Below are positions 26,509-35,621 of a stretch of DNA of 64,000 bases, piece after piece (the stretch's first letter is position 1; every line of letters starts with the position of its first letter). The notes under the pieces were generated by a model, which did not search any database, had not been told where the DNA came from, and saw only the letters and a program-made list of their open reading frames with translations. Made by a program: the position numbers and the translations under genes. The DNA is from Elainellaceae cyanobacterium (GTDB lineage: Bacteria > Cyanobacteriota > Cyanobacteriia > CAZCXK01), in the NCBI GenBank assembly GCA_051117335.1, contig JBNPEB010000035.1, forward strand, positions 67 through 64,066, read 5' to 3'.

Positions 26509-26570
26509 TACGATGCAGTACTCTCAAAACTCGATTTGGCGTCATTAAAACTCGATTCAACACCTCGTAT
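26509..26570. repeat. second 21-bp periodic array (AAACTCGATT units)
   Basis: AAACTCGATT twice at 21-nt spacing plus a degenerate unit; same core as 24956-25065. Confidence 0.55.
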
Positions 26571-26601
26571 TGGCCTCTAGCGAATTCTATACAATAACGG
26601 T

Positions 26602-27417
26602 ATGAGCCACGGTGTTTCATCTCAACATTCATCTCAATCCCAAGAAGCGCTCGAACAGCGACGACAAATCGCCCTACACGTCGCCGCCGAGAGCGATCGT
26701 CTGCTTCGCGATCAGTTCGGCGCAACCGGAGTGACGGTATTTGGTTCTCTAGCCGGACAAAGTCCCTGGCATTGGGATTCAGATATCGATTTGGCGGTCG
26801 AAGGGTTGGATTTTGAGCAGTGGTTAGCGGCAGTCGATGCAGTGCGGGCGATCGCTCCAGATTGGCTTTCCGTCGATGTCGTCCGTCTCGAAACCCTCAA
26901 TCCTGCCGTCCGCCATCGAGTATTACAGCAACATCAGATGACTCAAAACAAATTTCTCGCCTTAAAAGACCATCTCGATGACGAAGTTCGGGCACTGGAT
27001 CGGTGTGTTCAAGAACTTGTTCCAGCCATTGATCGAGCAAAAGAGCGACTAGAAAGCTACGATGTTTGGGCATTAGCGAGTTACATCAACGATTTTTATC
27101 GGCGCTGCGAACGCATGAGCGAACGGGTGGCGGTTGCCCTCGACGGACGCTTGCCCCAGGGAGCCAACTGGCACCAAGCCCTGTTGAGGCAGGTCGCAGA
27201 ACATGGAGGAAACGACCGTCCACCCGTGTGGTCGGGTGCGTTGTTGTTTGATTTAGATGAATATCGTCGGTTTCGGCACGTCGTGCATCACAAATATGGC
27301 GATGAGCTGCACCCCGACTATGTGCTCAAGCTAGCCGAACTTGCGCCCCAGATGGCCCCAAAAATCAAGGAGGCGATCGCGCACTTCAATGAGTGGCTTG
27401 TTGATCAGCCCTCCTAG
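26602..27417 (+). CDS. fused MNT nucleotidyltransferase - HepT-like HEPN protein
   Basis: N-terminal FGSL..SDID motif and C-terminal RHVVHHKY (RX4HXY) in one ORF. Confidence 0.85.
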   Translation: MSHGVSSQHSSQSQEALEQRRQIALHVAAESDRLLRDQFGATGVTVFGSLAGQSPWHWDSDIDLAVEGLDFEQWLAAVDAVRAIAPDWLSVDVVRLETLNPAVRHRVLQQHQMTQNKFLALKDHLDDEVRALDRCVQELVPAIDRAKERLESYDVWALASYINDFYRRCERMSERVAVALDGRLPQGANWHQALLRQVAEHGGNDRPPVWSGALLFDLDEYRRFRHVVHHKYGDELHPDYVLKLAELAPQMAPKIKEAIAHFNEWLVDQPS

Positions 27418-27419
27418 AC

Positions 27420-27720
27420 ATATCACGCTCTGCAACCCAGACTGCCTCTTGCATCAACGTCTGATAAAACCGGGATGGATTTGCCGCCATCTGCAGCCAC
27501 TCCGCCTGCGTATACACCACCGACTCGACTGGAACTGGAATCTCATTAAACTGCCAGCCCAGCGATCGCTGATGAAACAGGCGATCGCTCGCCTACACAA
27601 CGACAATCAAATCCAAATCACTGCCAACCCCTGCATCTCCCCTCGCAGCGGCAACACCGACGAAGGAAATTGTGTCGCCATCGCTACTGCTCCAACTCAC
27701 CCTATTTAGGGTAACAGCGG
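27420..27720 (-). pseudogene. degraded MNT nucleotidyltransferase
   Basis: ARGDAGVGSDLDLIVVV*ASDR..PVPVESVVYTQAEW on the minus strand; in-frame stop and scrambled 5' end. Confidence 0.65.
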
Positions 27721-27798
27721 CTTGATTCCTCCACGGTTGTTCTCCACTGCTGCTAAATATCCAGTTGATCCGTGGGATGGGTTAAACGAGGGCCTTTT

Positions 27799-28650
27799 CT
27801 AGTCTGCATCTGGATCAATTCCCATTTGCCGAAGACGTTCGGCTAAACGATCGGCCCGTTGACGTTCCCGTTCTGCGCGTTGGCGCTCCTGGTCTGCGCG
27901 TTGACGCTCCTGGTTTGCCCGCTGGCGCTCCTGTTCTACCCGTTGGCGCTCCTGTTCTACCCGTTGGCGCTCCTGCTCAACTCGCTGCTGTTCCTGTTCA
28001 ACAGGGGTCAAAATCCAGTTTTGGTCTTTGTCATACCACCTGAGCCAGAGTCGATTAATGCCTTCATAGTGTCCTTGCCAGAGTCCTAACCCAAGTTCTA
28101 AAGACTCCATCCAGATGCGCGGTTCATCAAGCTCTAGTTCCATATAGCGATCTGCTTGGAGCATGAAGCTTCGCAGCCGATCGGTGTATCGGTCGAAGAC
28201 GACATAATATGGAATTCGCAGAATTTGCTCATATACCTGCCATTTGCTAGGAGGTTGATCTACACGACGAAGAGAGCGCCCCAAATCGTCTGCCTCAGTT
28301 CCAGGGGACAAGAGCTCAACCACAACAAATGGATCTACTCCCTCCTGCCATACGACATAGCTCAGCCGCAAATCACGCTCTTCGTATAGTCGAGGAATGC
28401 CCACGACGGCAAACCAATCAGGACGCTTATGCCAAAGGGGATGGCGGGAGTCATAGTAAAGATTGAGATCGGTTGCAGCAAATCGTTCGTGCTCTGCAAA
28501 GGTGGGAGGGCAAAACGTGTCGCTCAACAGCCGGGGTTGATAGATATGAAAAACATCTGGCAAACCAGGCTCCTCCGGATCTTCACTCGGAAGATCATAC
28601 ATGGTGGGCAAGACGTCTTTGGGGGAACGAGGTGGATCAGTTTGAAACAT
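27799..28650 (-). CDS. Uma2 family endonuclease with C-terminal QERQR coiled-coil repeats
   Basis: LPTMYDLPSEDP, RPDWFAV, VVELLSPGT; 21-nt tandem repeats in the 3' end. Confidence 0.9.
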   Translation of the reverse strand: MFQTDPPRSPKDVLPTMYDLPSEDPEEPGLPDVFHIYQPRLLSDTFCPPTFAEHERFAATDLNLYYDSRHPLWHKRPDWFAVVGIPRLYEERDLRLSYVVWQEGVDPFVVVELLSPGTEADDLGRSLRRVDQPPSKWQVYEQILRIPYYVVFDRYTDRLRSFMLQADRYMELELDEPRIWMESLELGLGLWQGHYEGINRLWLRWYDKDQNWILTPVEQEQQRVEQERQRVEQERQRVEQERQRANQERQRADQERQRAERERQRADRLAERLRQMGIDPDAD

Positions 28651-28758
28651 ATCCCAGTAGGAACCTTAGAGGTTCAAGTATTAGCGAGTTTGCAGATGTT
28701 TGTAGGGCACGAGCATTGTAGAATTGCCCTTCATTCTTTCATATTATTCTCCTTATTT

Positions 28759-29175
28759 TTATGCCTGCTGTTCTAAATAGTGGCTGATATGGCTGAGCAA
28801 TGTTTGAGAGGAGGCGATCGCACTCTGAGCTTCCGTTTGGGTATAGGCTTCAGCAGGCGTCAAATCGGCGAGAGCATCTGGATATCGGGTCGGAATATAA
28901 AGTTTATCTAATCCCAACCCCGTGTCTAAAAGCGGCATGAAATCGTGGCTAAGCGATTCAGGCAAGTCGCGAATCAGCTTACCAATTGAACACCCCCACG
29001 GATCGAGGTCATGTGCCATCCAGACTGCCTTCATGGCTTTTTCTCCAGCTTGCTGGGCATAGAAACAGGCTTGAGGATATTTGTTTGCCATCAGCAATGC
29101 TCGTGCAGCATCGAGATCATCCATGGCCTGCTGATACCATCGCCTAGCGTTCTGTCGACGTTTTTCCTCGCTCAT
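28759..29175 (-). CDS. HEPN domain protein
   Basis: ACFYAQQAGEKAMKA and LYIPTRYPD motifs; start moved to MSEEK. Confidence 0.85.
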   Translation of the reverse strand: MSEEKRRQNARRWYQQAMDDLDAARALLMANKYPQACFYAQQAGEKAMKAVWMAHDLDPWGCSIGKLIRDLPESLSHDFMPLLDTGLGLDKLYIPTRYPDALADLTPAEAYTQTEAQSAIASSQTLLSHISHYLEQQA

Positions 29176-29236
29176 CCAGCACAATTCCTTCTTGGAGCAC
29201 CCGACGAATAAATTGTTGTGTTTATGCCGAAAACTA

Positions 29237-30004
29237 CTAGATAGAATCAGGCCGAGCGTCAGGGTCAACTCCCAAAGCTCTCAACTGGTCTGCTAGCCGT
29301 TCTGCCCGTTGGCGTTCCTGCTCTGCCCGTTGGCGTTCCTGCTCTACTCGCTCTTCAGCGTTCAAGATCCATTGATTCTCGGCATCATACCATCGCAACC
29401 ACAGCCGATTAATTCCTTGATAGGTGCCTTGCCAAAGTCCTACCCCTAAATTTAGAGTTGGCATCCAAATCCGAGGTTCAGAAAGGGATTGTTCGCTGTA
29501 GCGATCGGCTTGTAGCGTAAAGACTCGCAGCCTATCGGTATAACGGTCAAACACAATATAGTAAGGAACTCGGAGAATCTGTTCGTATACTCGCCACTTG
29601 GTTGGCGGTTGCTCAGTCGTTCGCAACGTTTGACCTAAATCGTCTTTTTCAGTGCCGGGAGATAAGAGTTCAACCACTACAAAGGGATCAGCGCCCTCTT
29701 GCCAGGTGACGTAGCTGAGTCGCAAATCTCGTTCTTCATAAAAGCGATCGATTCCCACGACAGCGAACCAGTCGGGTCGCTTATACCAATGGGGATGACG
29801 CACATCGTAGTAGAGATTGAGATCAGAGGCTACAAAGATTTGATCTGCAGAATAAGCAGGAGGACAAAACGTCTCCCGCAACAGTTGGGGTTGATAGATA
29901 TGAAATTCGTCCGGCACGCCCGGTTCGTTTGGATCTTCACTAGGAAGATCATACATCGTGGGCAGAGTTTCTTTTGCAGGTCGAGGCGGATCAGATTGGT
30001 ACAT
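29237..30004 (-). CDS. Uma2 family endonuclease
   Basis: Close paralog of 27799-28650. Confidence 0.9.
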   Translation of the reverse strand: MYQSDPPRPAKETLPTMYDLPSEDPNEPGVPDEFHIYQPQLLRETFCPPAYSADQIFVASDLNLYYDVRHPHWYKRPDWFAVVGIDRFYEERDLRLSYVTWQEGADPFVVVELLSPGTEKDDLGQTLRTTEQPPTKWRVYEQILRVPYYIVFDRYTDRLRVFTLQADRYSEQSLSEPRIWMPTLNLGVGLWQGTYQGINRLWLRWYDAENQWILNAEERVEQERQRAEQERQRAERLADQLRALGVDPDARPDSI

Positions 30005-30300
30005 GAGGAGAACCTTTGCCGTTACCTATTGCCGTTATTTGACGACATATCCTCGGGATAACCATTGCGATAATATGCGTCCACACGCCTTGTACCGACA
30101 CGGCTTGACATCTGTTAAAAGTTTAATCTACGTTGTCACCTTGTCACTCTATGTCGCAACTACACTGTTGTAATTACGCTGCGACGCGTTATCACTCTAT
30201 GGTTGTAATTCTTACAACATGTTGTAATCACACTACAATACATTGCTCACCAGCCTCAATGAATCAGTGAGCTGGTTTAGCGATCGCATAACCCAGGCCG

Positions 30301-30726
30301 TTAGCTCATAAATTTGAAGTCATTGAGATGACCATATTGATTGCGTCGGGCTTGGCGACGCGTAAACTCGCTAACCGACGTATTTCCATCGGGATGCATC
30401 ACCCGCACCTGTTGCCATAGCTCATGAGGCGCAATGTCTATCTCATAGGTGCGATCGCCCGTTTTGGTTACATGATACCAACGGGTTTCTTGGCACTGAT
30501 CGCACCAAAATGCTTCGAGCCATTCATGCTCCAAGGGAACAGTGGTTTTGCTAGCGACCAATAATCTGGCTGTGCGGCGTCCGACTCCTCGCTGCTGAAG
30601 TTGTGTCGGGCAATCGGCAAATAGCGGATATTTTTGACTGACGCTATCGAGATAGCACGCATGAATCAGGCAATAGATAGCCCGTCGTTTCGAGCGCTTC
30701 CGATTTCGGGCACACCTTCTCTGCAA
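30301..30726 (-). CDS. hypothetical protein, possibly metal-binding
   Basis: Basic N-terminus, CLIH and WCDQC motifs. Confidence 0.7.
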   Translation of the reverse strand: MQRRCARNRKRSKRRAIYCLIHACYLDSVSQKYPLFADCPTQLQQRGVGRRTARLLVASKTTVPLEHEWLEAFWCDQCQETRWYHVTKTGDRTYEIDIAPHELWQQVRVMHPDGNTSVSEFTRRQARRNQYGHLNDFKFMS

Positions 30727-30839
30727 ATCTGCCTCCTTGATTACGACACGGAACTAGAAGGCTAGGGTGGAGAGACTGAGATCGTAAAGACCGTCGAAGC
30801 CCGCTCCTTAACGCTGGGTTGAATTTAATGGTTTAGGTT

Positions 30840-30949
30840 ATACCAATTCTCGATTTTGGATTTTGGATTTTGGATTTTGGATGGACGAGCAAAAGCCCTG
30901 ATTGGATTCCAGCCTGTTCATCTATAGTCCTACTTTGAAGAATCGGTAT
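30840..30949. mobile_element. MITE-like element, copy 2 (diverged, expanded ATTTTGG heptamers)
   Basis: ATACCAATTCT..AGAATCGGTAT ends; internal GATTTTG tandem. Confidence 0.7.
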
Positions 30950-30963
30950 TAGACCTGTGTAGA

Positions 30964-31070
30964 TTGGGTTGAGGCCACGCTCACGTAGCGTCTCCGAAGG
31001 AGAAAACCCAACACCCGCATGGGTTACGCTATCGCTCTAGCGAAGCTATGCCCAAAGAGCTTTACCATCC
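30964..31070. repeat. two adjacent REP-like palindromic elements with internal inserts
   Basis: TTGGGTT..AACCCAA enclosing a TCTCC-gaa-GGAGA hairpin, then ATGGGTTACGC..ACCAT. Confidence 0.45.
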
Positions 31071-31156
31071 TTTTGATTTTGTCCGTCTCCAAAGTGTTTT
31101 ACAAAAATCGTTGGTGCTCATCCGGATCAGAGCCAAGGCTTTTAAAGCAATTTGAC

Positions 31157-31876
31157 CTAGTTGTGATGGCAGCTTAAAGCCACCCAGGTTCCTCCTGATG
31201 TGCTTCCTCCTGTGATTTCGATGCGGTTGTTGCGGGCGGTTGGGCACGCGAGGTGTCCCCCGGCGCGGACGGTAAAGTCGTCAAAGTCTCGATCTTGCTG
31301 ATCCGGGGGCACTAGGAGCGAACCAGTATCATCCCACCGGAGCAAGATTCCACCCTCAGCCAAATCAATGAAATCGCCGTCAAACATCAGTAATCGCTGA
31401 TTACCCGGATTGCGATCGCTCAGCGAGTAAATTGTTTGGGCAGGCTGGCCGTTATAGCGCGATTCTAGGTAGAAGGCATAGGGCGTATCGGCTTCAAATT
31501 CAAATTCTGCCAGTGGATTGGGAACCGTCATTCCCCTTGTCCGCGATCGCTCTTCTGCCATGAGCGGAATCTGTTCACCCGTCGTCAGATTCACAACCCC
31601 AAACGTAGACTGATAGACCCCATCCGACTGCACAAATTCAAATTCCACAATCGTGTCAACGTCAAAAATGATGCCTTGATTGCCAAACTGCTCCTGAGCC
31701 TGGGCAGGTAAGGCAACTAGATTTGCCGCAAGTCCGAGGAGTCCGGTGATGAACGATGCGGATACGAGCGATGCAAGTCTAGACGCCGGGGTGACGTTTA
31801 CCCGACGTCCAGCGAGCCAGGATGCGAGATAATCAGGCCATACTCCATTTAATCGATGTTGCATAGCACTTACCAC
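31157..31876 (-). CDS. exported hypothetical protein with DUF4114-like C-terminal domain
   Basis: Signal/TM segment ending AQAQE; WDD..DRDFDDFTV motif. Confidence 0.65.
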   Translation of the reverse strand: MVSAMQHRLNGVWPDYLASWLAGRRVNVTPASRLASLVSASFITGLLGLAANLVALPAQAQEQFGNQGIIFDVDTIVEFEFVQSDGVYQSTFGVVNLTTGEQIPLMAEERSRTRGMTVPNPLAEFEFEADTPYAFYLESRYNGQPAQTIYSLSDRNPGNQRLLMFDGDFIDLAEGGILLRWDDTGSLLVPPDQQDRDFDDFTVRAGGHLACPTARNNRIEITGGSTSGGTWVALSCHHN

Positions 31877-32283
31877 GGTCTTTCTCGAAGCGGATCAACG
31901 GTCACGGGCTGATCTTGAACGCGGGCTAAAAACCGCTGGGTGTCACCGAGCGAGCGGTTGTAATCTTCACACTCTGCTGTCGTTGTTTGAGACGGAGCTG
32001 GGCCTCGCGCAAACCGACGCGGGCCATCCTCTGAGCGTTCGATCGAGTCAACGCAGCTTGCGTATGCTTCGTCAAGTTGAGCAGCAAGCCGCCGTGCCTC
32101 TGCCAAAACGTCGGGATCGAGGCGATCGCCATAGTCATCAAAGAAATCAGGAGCCACGCTGTTAAAAACATTGGTTCCTGAGATATCAGACAGATTAGGA
32201 AACGGTTGAGCCGCAGCGGGACGGGCGATCGCGCTTCCCATGATGATGAGCCCTATTGACCCTATGTAATACCATTTGTTCAT
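31870..32283 (-). CDS. secreted hypothetical protein
   Basis: Signal peptide ending PAAAQ. Confidence 0.7.
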   Translation of the reverse strand: MNKWYYIGSIGLIIMGSAIARPAAAQPFPNLSDISGTNVFNSVAPDFFDDYGDRLDPDVLAEARRLAAQLDEAYASCVDSIERSEDGPRRFARGPAPSQTTTAECEDYNRSLGDTQRFLARVQDQPVTVDPLRERPW

Positions 32284-32307
32284 CCTGTGCCCTCCTGGTG
32301 AGTGTGG

Positions 32308-34542
32308 TTAAAAACTCGCGCCAAACCCTAAAACAAATCGTGCGCCATCACCCGCGCCTGCAATATCACGCACTGCGGGCGTGATCACGATATTGGCGTT
32401 GCGAAACGGAGCGATAGACAATCCCATGGCTAAATCTTGTCCAGTCCATTCGGTGATAAAACTCACAGGCTCAGCAATCCGCAGTGCGATGCTGCCAAAC
32501 GGACTGACGGTTGAATTGTCTTCGGCAATATCGCGCTCGTGGCGAAACTGCCCGGTGCCGGCTCCTCCAGTGACGGCGAGACGGCTAAAGGGTTGGCTCA
32601 GGCTGTCGCGAAGCCGGAAGATTTTGGTCATCGATCCGTAGATTGAATCTTCAAAATCGCCGTCTTCCTCGCCCGTAATCAAAAATCCATTCCAGCCGAC
32701 CGATGCCGATAGGCTATCTGAAAACCGTCGGTGAATGCGGGCATTGAAGCCGCCTGTACCAAAATTGCGGTTGCTGCCAAAGCTGGCGATCGTGTAAGAC
32801 AGCTCGACTCCAACGGCACGCCGAGCGTCGCCCAAGCCGATTCCAATGCCTACTGCGCCATCCGCTTCTTCGCTATAGCGTGTGTCTTCTTGAAACGTGC
32901 CGCTAATAAACACGGTGCCACCGTCTACGCCAAATCCAGCGGGGTTGGCGATCGTTAAGGCAGGGGCGCTGCGATCAAAGGGGCGGATGCTAGATGTGAG
33001 TTGTTCGAGGTCGTCGAGTTCTAAGAGGGTGCGTTCAAAAATGTCGGGATTCGGGGGTTCGAGACAGTCAGCAGCCGTCAAAATCGCTGCCGCTGATGAG
33101 GTCGACCTCGGAGATGAGGATTCTGATGGAGAAGGTAGCGAGGCAGACGATGATCGGGGAATCGTCTGAGGTGAACCCGATGTCACAACATACCGACTCA
33201 CGTTTGCAGTAGCAGGCAGGTCGGGAACCTGTCCAATCGTTGATAGTGCTTGATACAGGAAGGCTGCCGTATCTGCTCGGGTTGCCGATTGGTTTGGGTT
33301 TAGACGGGTAACGTCGGGATAGTTGACGATGATGTCGTGGTCAATTGCAGCGGCGATCGCCCCTCGACTATCGGCTGAAATTTGCTCAGCATCGTCAAAA
33401 AAATCAGGCAACGAGGCCGCACTCTCGTTGGTTGCCGTAAGCCGTAACCCTCTTACCAATGAGGCGATCGCCTCAGCACGTGAAATGGTTTGGTCGGGGG
33501 CAAATTGCTGGGCAGACGTCCCGTTGAGAAATCCGTTTTGATACGCAGACTGAATTGCAGTGGCGGCCCAATGATTAACGGGCACATCAACAAACGCAAA
33601 CGACGGACGCAGGGATTCAACGGTGGGAAACGCAGTTTGAATCATCGTGGCATATTGGGCACGGGTCACGGGTGCGTTTGGGCGAAAGGTGCCATCGTCA
33701 AATCCTTGGATGATGCCTTCTGCGACGAGGGCACGAATGGAGGATTCTGCCCACGTTCCCTCAACGTCTGCAAGTCCAGAAAAGCTGGTCGCCTGAGAGA
33801 GTTGCTGAGTCTGCCGACGCGCTGCCAGGTGCTCCATGATGTCGGCTTCGATGGCAGCTACCTGCCTTGCGATGTCTGACTCTGGAGCCGTATAGATGCG
33901 ATCGCCCATACGTTCGGGCTCTGCTATATCGAGGCGAGGGTTAGTCGCTGCTACGGAAGGGAGTTCGGTGGCTGAGGAGCGACTAGCTGAGGCGGTTGAA
34001 ATCGTCGATGCAGAATTAGTATCGGCATCACGAACGGGTTCGGCTGCTTCGTTCTTAGTTGCGCTAGAGCGAGTTGCATGAGCGCGATACGCGGCGCTAG
34101 TCGCCATCTGAAATTCATCTTGGATGATAACTCGATCAAAGACGATGCGTTCAGAGGACGCCGACACCAAATGTCCTGGTTGTGACGGATCTGGTTGTGA
34201 CAGGTCTAGCTGTGACGCATCAATCGAACCTTCTGCAACTAAATTCTCGTCTGCTGAAGGGGCTATTAGCGAGGCTGGGCTAGAAAAATCAGACGTGCTC
34301 AGCGTTTCGGGCGGTATAACCGGGTCAATTGCACCGGGCACGTCAGCTACATCGACCGCATCATTGTTTTCGGGGACATCGGGTAGGGGCTCAGGGGGTG
34401 GGCTGGCGATCGCCTGTTGGGTAAAATCCCGGACGGTGAAAGCAGCGAGTGTATAAATAGCAGCAGTGTAAAATCGCATAACCGGGCTCGATAAATCGTC
34501 ATAGCAGGGATGCCGTCGCGATGCTCTCACCATCAAAATCAA
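32308..34542 (-). CDS. S-layer homology (SLH) domain protein with probable C-terminal beta-barrel
   Basis: Three SLH repeats (GIIQGFDDGTFRPNAPVTRA; FVDVP..WA; NYPD..LNP..ATRA); alternating beta strands and terminal Phe; start may be 34479. Confidence 0.8.
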   Translation of the reverse strand: MILMVRASRRHPCYDDLSSPVMRFYTAAIYTLAAFTVRDFTQQAIASPPPEPLPDVPENNDAVDVADVPGAIDPVIPPETLSTSDFSSPASLIAPSADENLVAEGSIDASQLDLSQPDPSQPGHLVSASSERIVFDRVIIQDEFQMATSAAYRAHATRSSATKNEAAEPVRDADTNSASTISTASASRSSATELPSVAATNPRLDIAEPERMGDRIYTAPESDIARQVAAIEADIMEHLAARRQTQQLSQATSFSGLADVEGTWAESSIRALVAEGIIQGFDDGTFRPNAPVTRAQYATMIQTAFPTVESLRPSFAFVDVPVNHWAATAIQSAYQNGFLNGTSAQQFAPDQTISRAEAIASLVRGLRLTATNESAASLPDFFDDAEQISADSRGAIAAAIDHDIIVNYPDVTRLNPNQSATRADTAAFLYQALSTIGQVPDLPATANVSRYVVTSGSPQTIPRSSSASLPSPSESSSPRSTSSAAAILTAADCLEPPNPDIFERTLLELDDLEQLTSSIRPFDRSAPALTIANPAGFGVDGGTVFISGTFQEDTRYSEEADGAVGIGIGLGDARRAVGVELSYTIASFGSNRNFGTGGFNARIHRRFSDSLSASVGWNGFLITGEEDGDFEDSIYGSMTKIFRLRDSLSQPFSRLAVTGGAGTGQFRHERDIAEDNSTVSPFGSIALRIAEPVSFITEWTGQDLAMGLSIAPFRNANIVITPAVRDIAGAGDGARFVLGFGASF

Positions 34543-34558
34543 GGGCTAAGGGGATCTA

Positions 34559-34661
34559 AAACCAATTCTTCGAAGTAAGGCTACAAATGAACAGGCTAGA
34601 CCCCTTGCAAGGCTGGTGGCCGTCAATCCAAAATCGCAAATCTAAAATCGAGAATTGGGAT
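34559..34661. mobile_element. MITE-like element, copy 3 (inverted relative to copy 1)
   Basis: Reverse complement of 2085-2187 with about 6 mismatches in 103 bp by eye. Confidence 0.8.
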
Positions 34662-34770
34662 AAACCATTGATTTGAAAGGATGTGCAAGAGCTACCCACT
34701 GATACAAAGCCCAAATTTGCCCGTCAGGAAAATATATTGACACTTCACGAATTCCGCGAAGATTAAAGAT

Positions 34771-35553
34771 TTAGTGGGAATTCATCCAGGCTGAAAGGGG
34801 CTGGGCAAGCTGGTCGAGCGAGAGTCGCTGAATGCAGTCATCCTGTTCAGCCTGGGTGCGATCGCCCTGGGTGTTATAGCCCCAGTCGGCTAGAAAAAGC
34901 TTGACGGATTCAAGATCGGGCTGTGATTTGACGGATTGTAGGGTTTTGAGCCGATCTTCAACAAACCAAATCTCAGGAGAGGATGCAGTCGCCTGAAGCT
35001 GGCGCAGGGTTTGATGCTTGGGCTGCTTGATCTCTTTGCCATAAATCGCGTCAGCCGGAATTTCTACCGCTTGCTGATGCAGCAGTTGTTTCACAAATCG
35101 GCCTTCTTTGGTTGTGATAATCATGACCTGGGTTGAACTGGCGAGCAACTGCTGGAGCCGATCAAGGATGCCTGGATAAAATCGATGCTGAGCCAGCCAG
35201 TTGTCTACGTCGCGGGCAATCCACTCGTCGCGCCCTCCGTCTACGAGTGCAGCGAGCTGAGCCGGGTCTATTCCCTCGGTCTTGACTTGTTGATGAGCGA
35301 TCGCCTGCCAGTGATCCAAAATCTCTTCGTCTGACATGCCCATCAAGAGCGATCGCAACACCAGCGGCATTTCCCAGCCCGTTTCTACAACGGGACGCAA
35401 TCGATAAAACCGCTCGGCGAGTCCATCAGGCGGCGTGCTAGAGTCGGGTTTCCAAATGCGGCAATATGCGTTCCATGCCGTCTGGAAATATTCAATCAGT
35501 CCGTCACAAATCACGCCGTCAAAGTCGAATGCCAAAATGTCGGGGGCTGTCAT
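34771..35553 (-). CDS. HAD family hydrolase
   Basis: FDFDGV, TTK, K, VED motifs. Confidence 0.9.
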   Translation of the reverse strand: MTAPDILAFDFDGVICDGLIEYFQTAWNAYCRIWKPDSSTPPDGLAERFYRLRPVVETGWEMPLVLRSLLMGMSDEEILDHWQAIAHQQVKTEGIDPAQLAALVDGGRDEWIARDVDNWLAQHRFYPGILDRLQQLLASSTQVMIITTKEGRFVKQLLHQQAVEIPADAIYGKEIKQPKHQTLRQLQATASSPEIWFVEDRLKTLQSVKSQPDLESVKLFLADWGYNTQGDRTQAEQDDCIQRLSLDQLAQPLSAWMNSH

Positions 35554-35621
35554 GTTGACTATTGGATGGGGTTCACCGTGATTGTACGCGAAGCCTGTCA
35601 GATTTCAGCAGTGTTTGAGTG

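Noticed and set aside
21272-26570. CRISPR array or classical integron attC array
   Set aside because: No constant repeat with unique equal-length spacers, no cas genes, no integrase, and no clear RYYYAAC..GTTRRRY boxes
27840-27990. 21-nt tandem repeats at the Uma2 3' end
   Set aside because: Ordinary QERQR coiled-coil tail of this family
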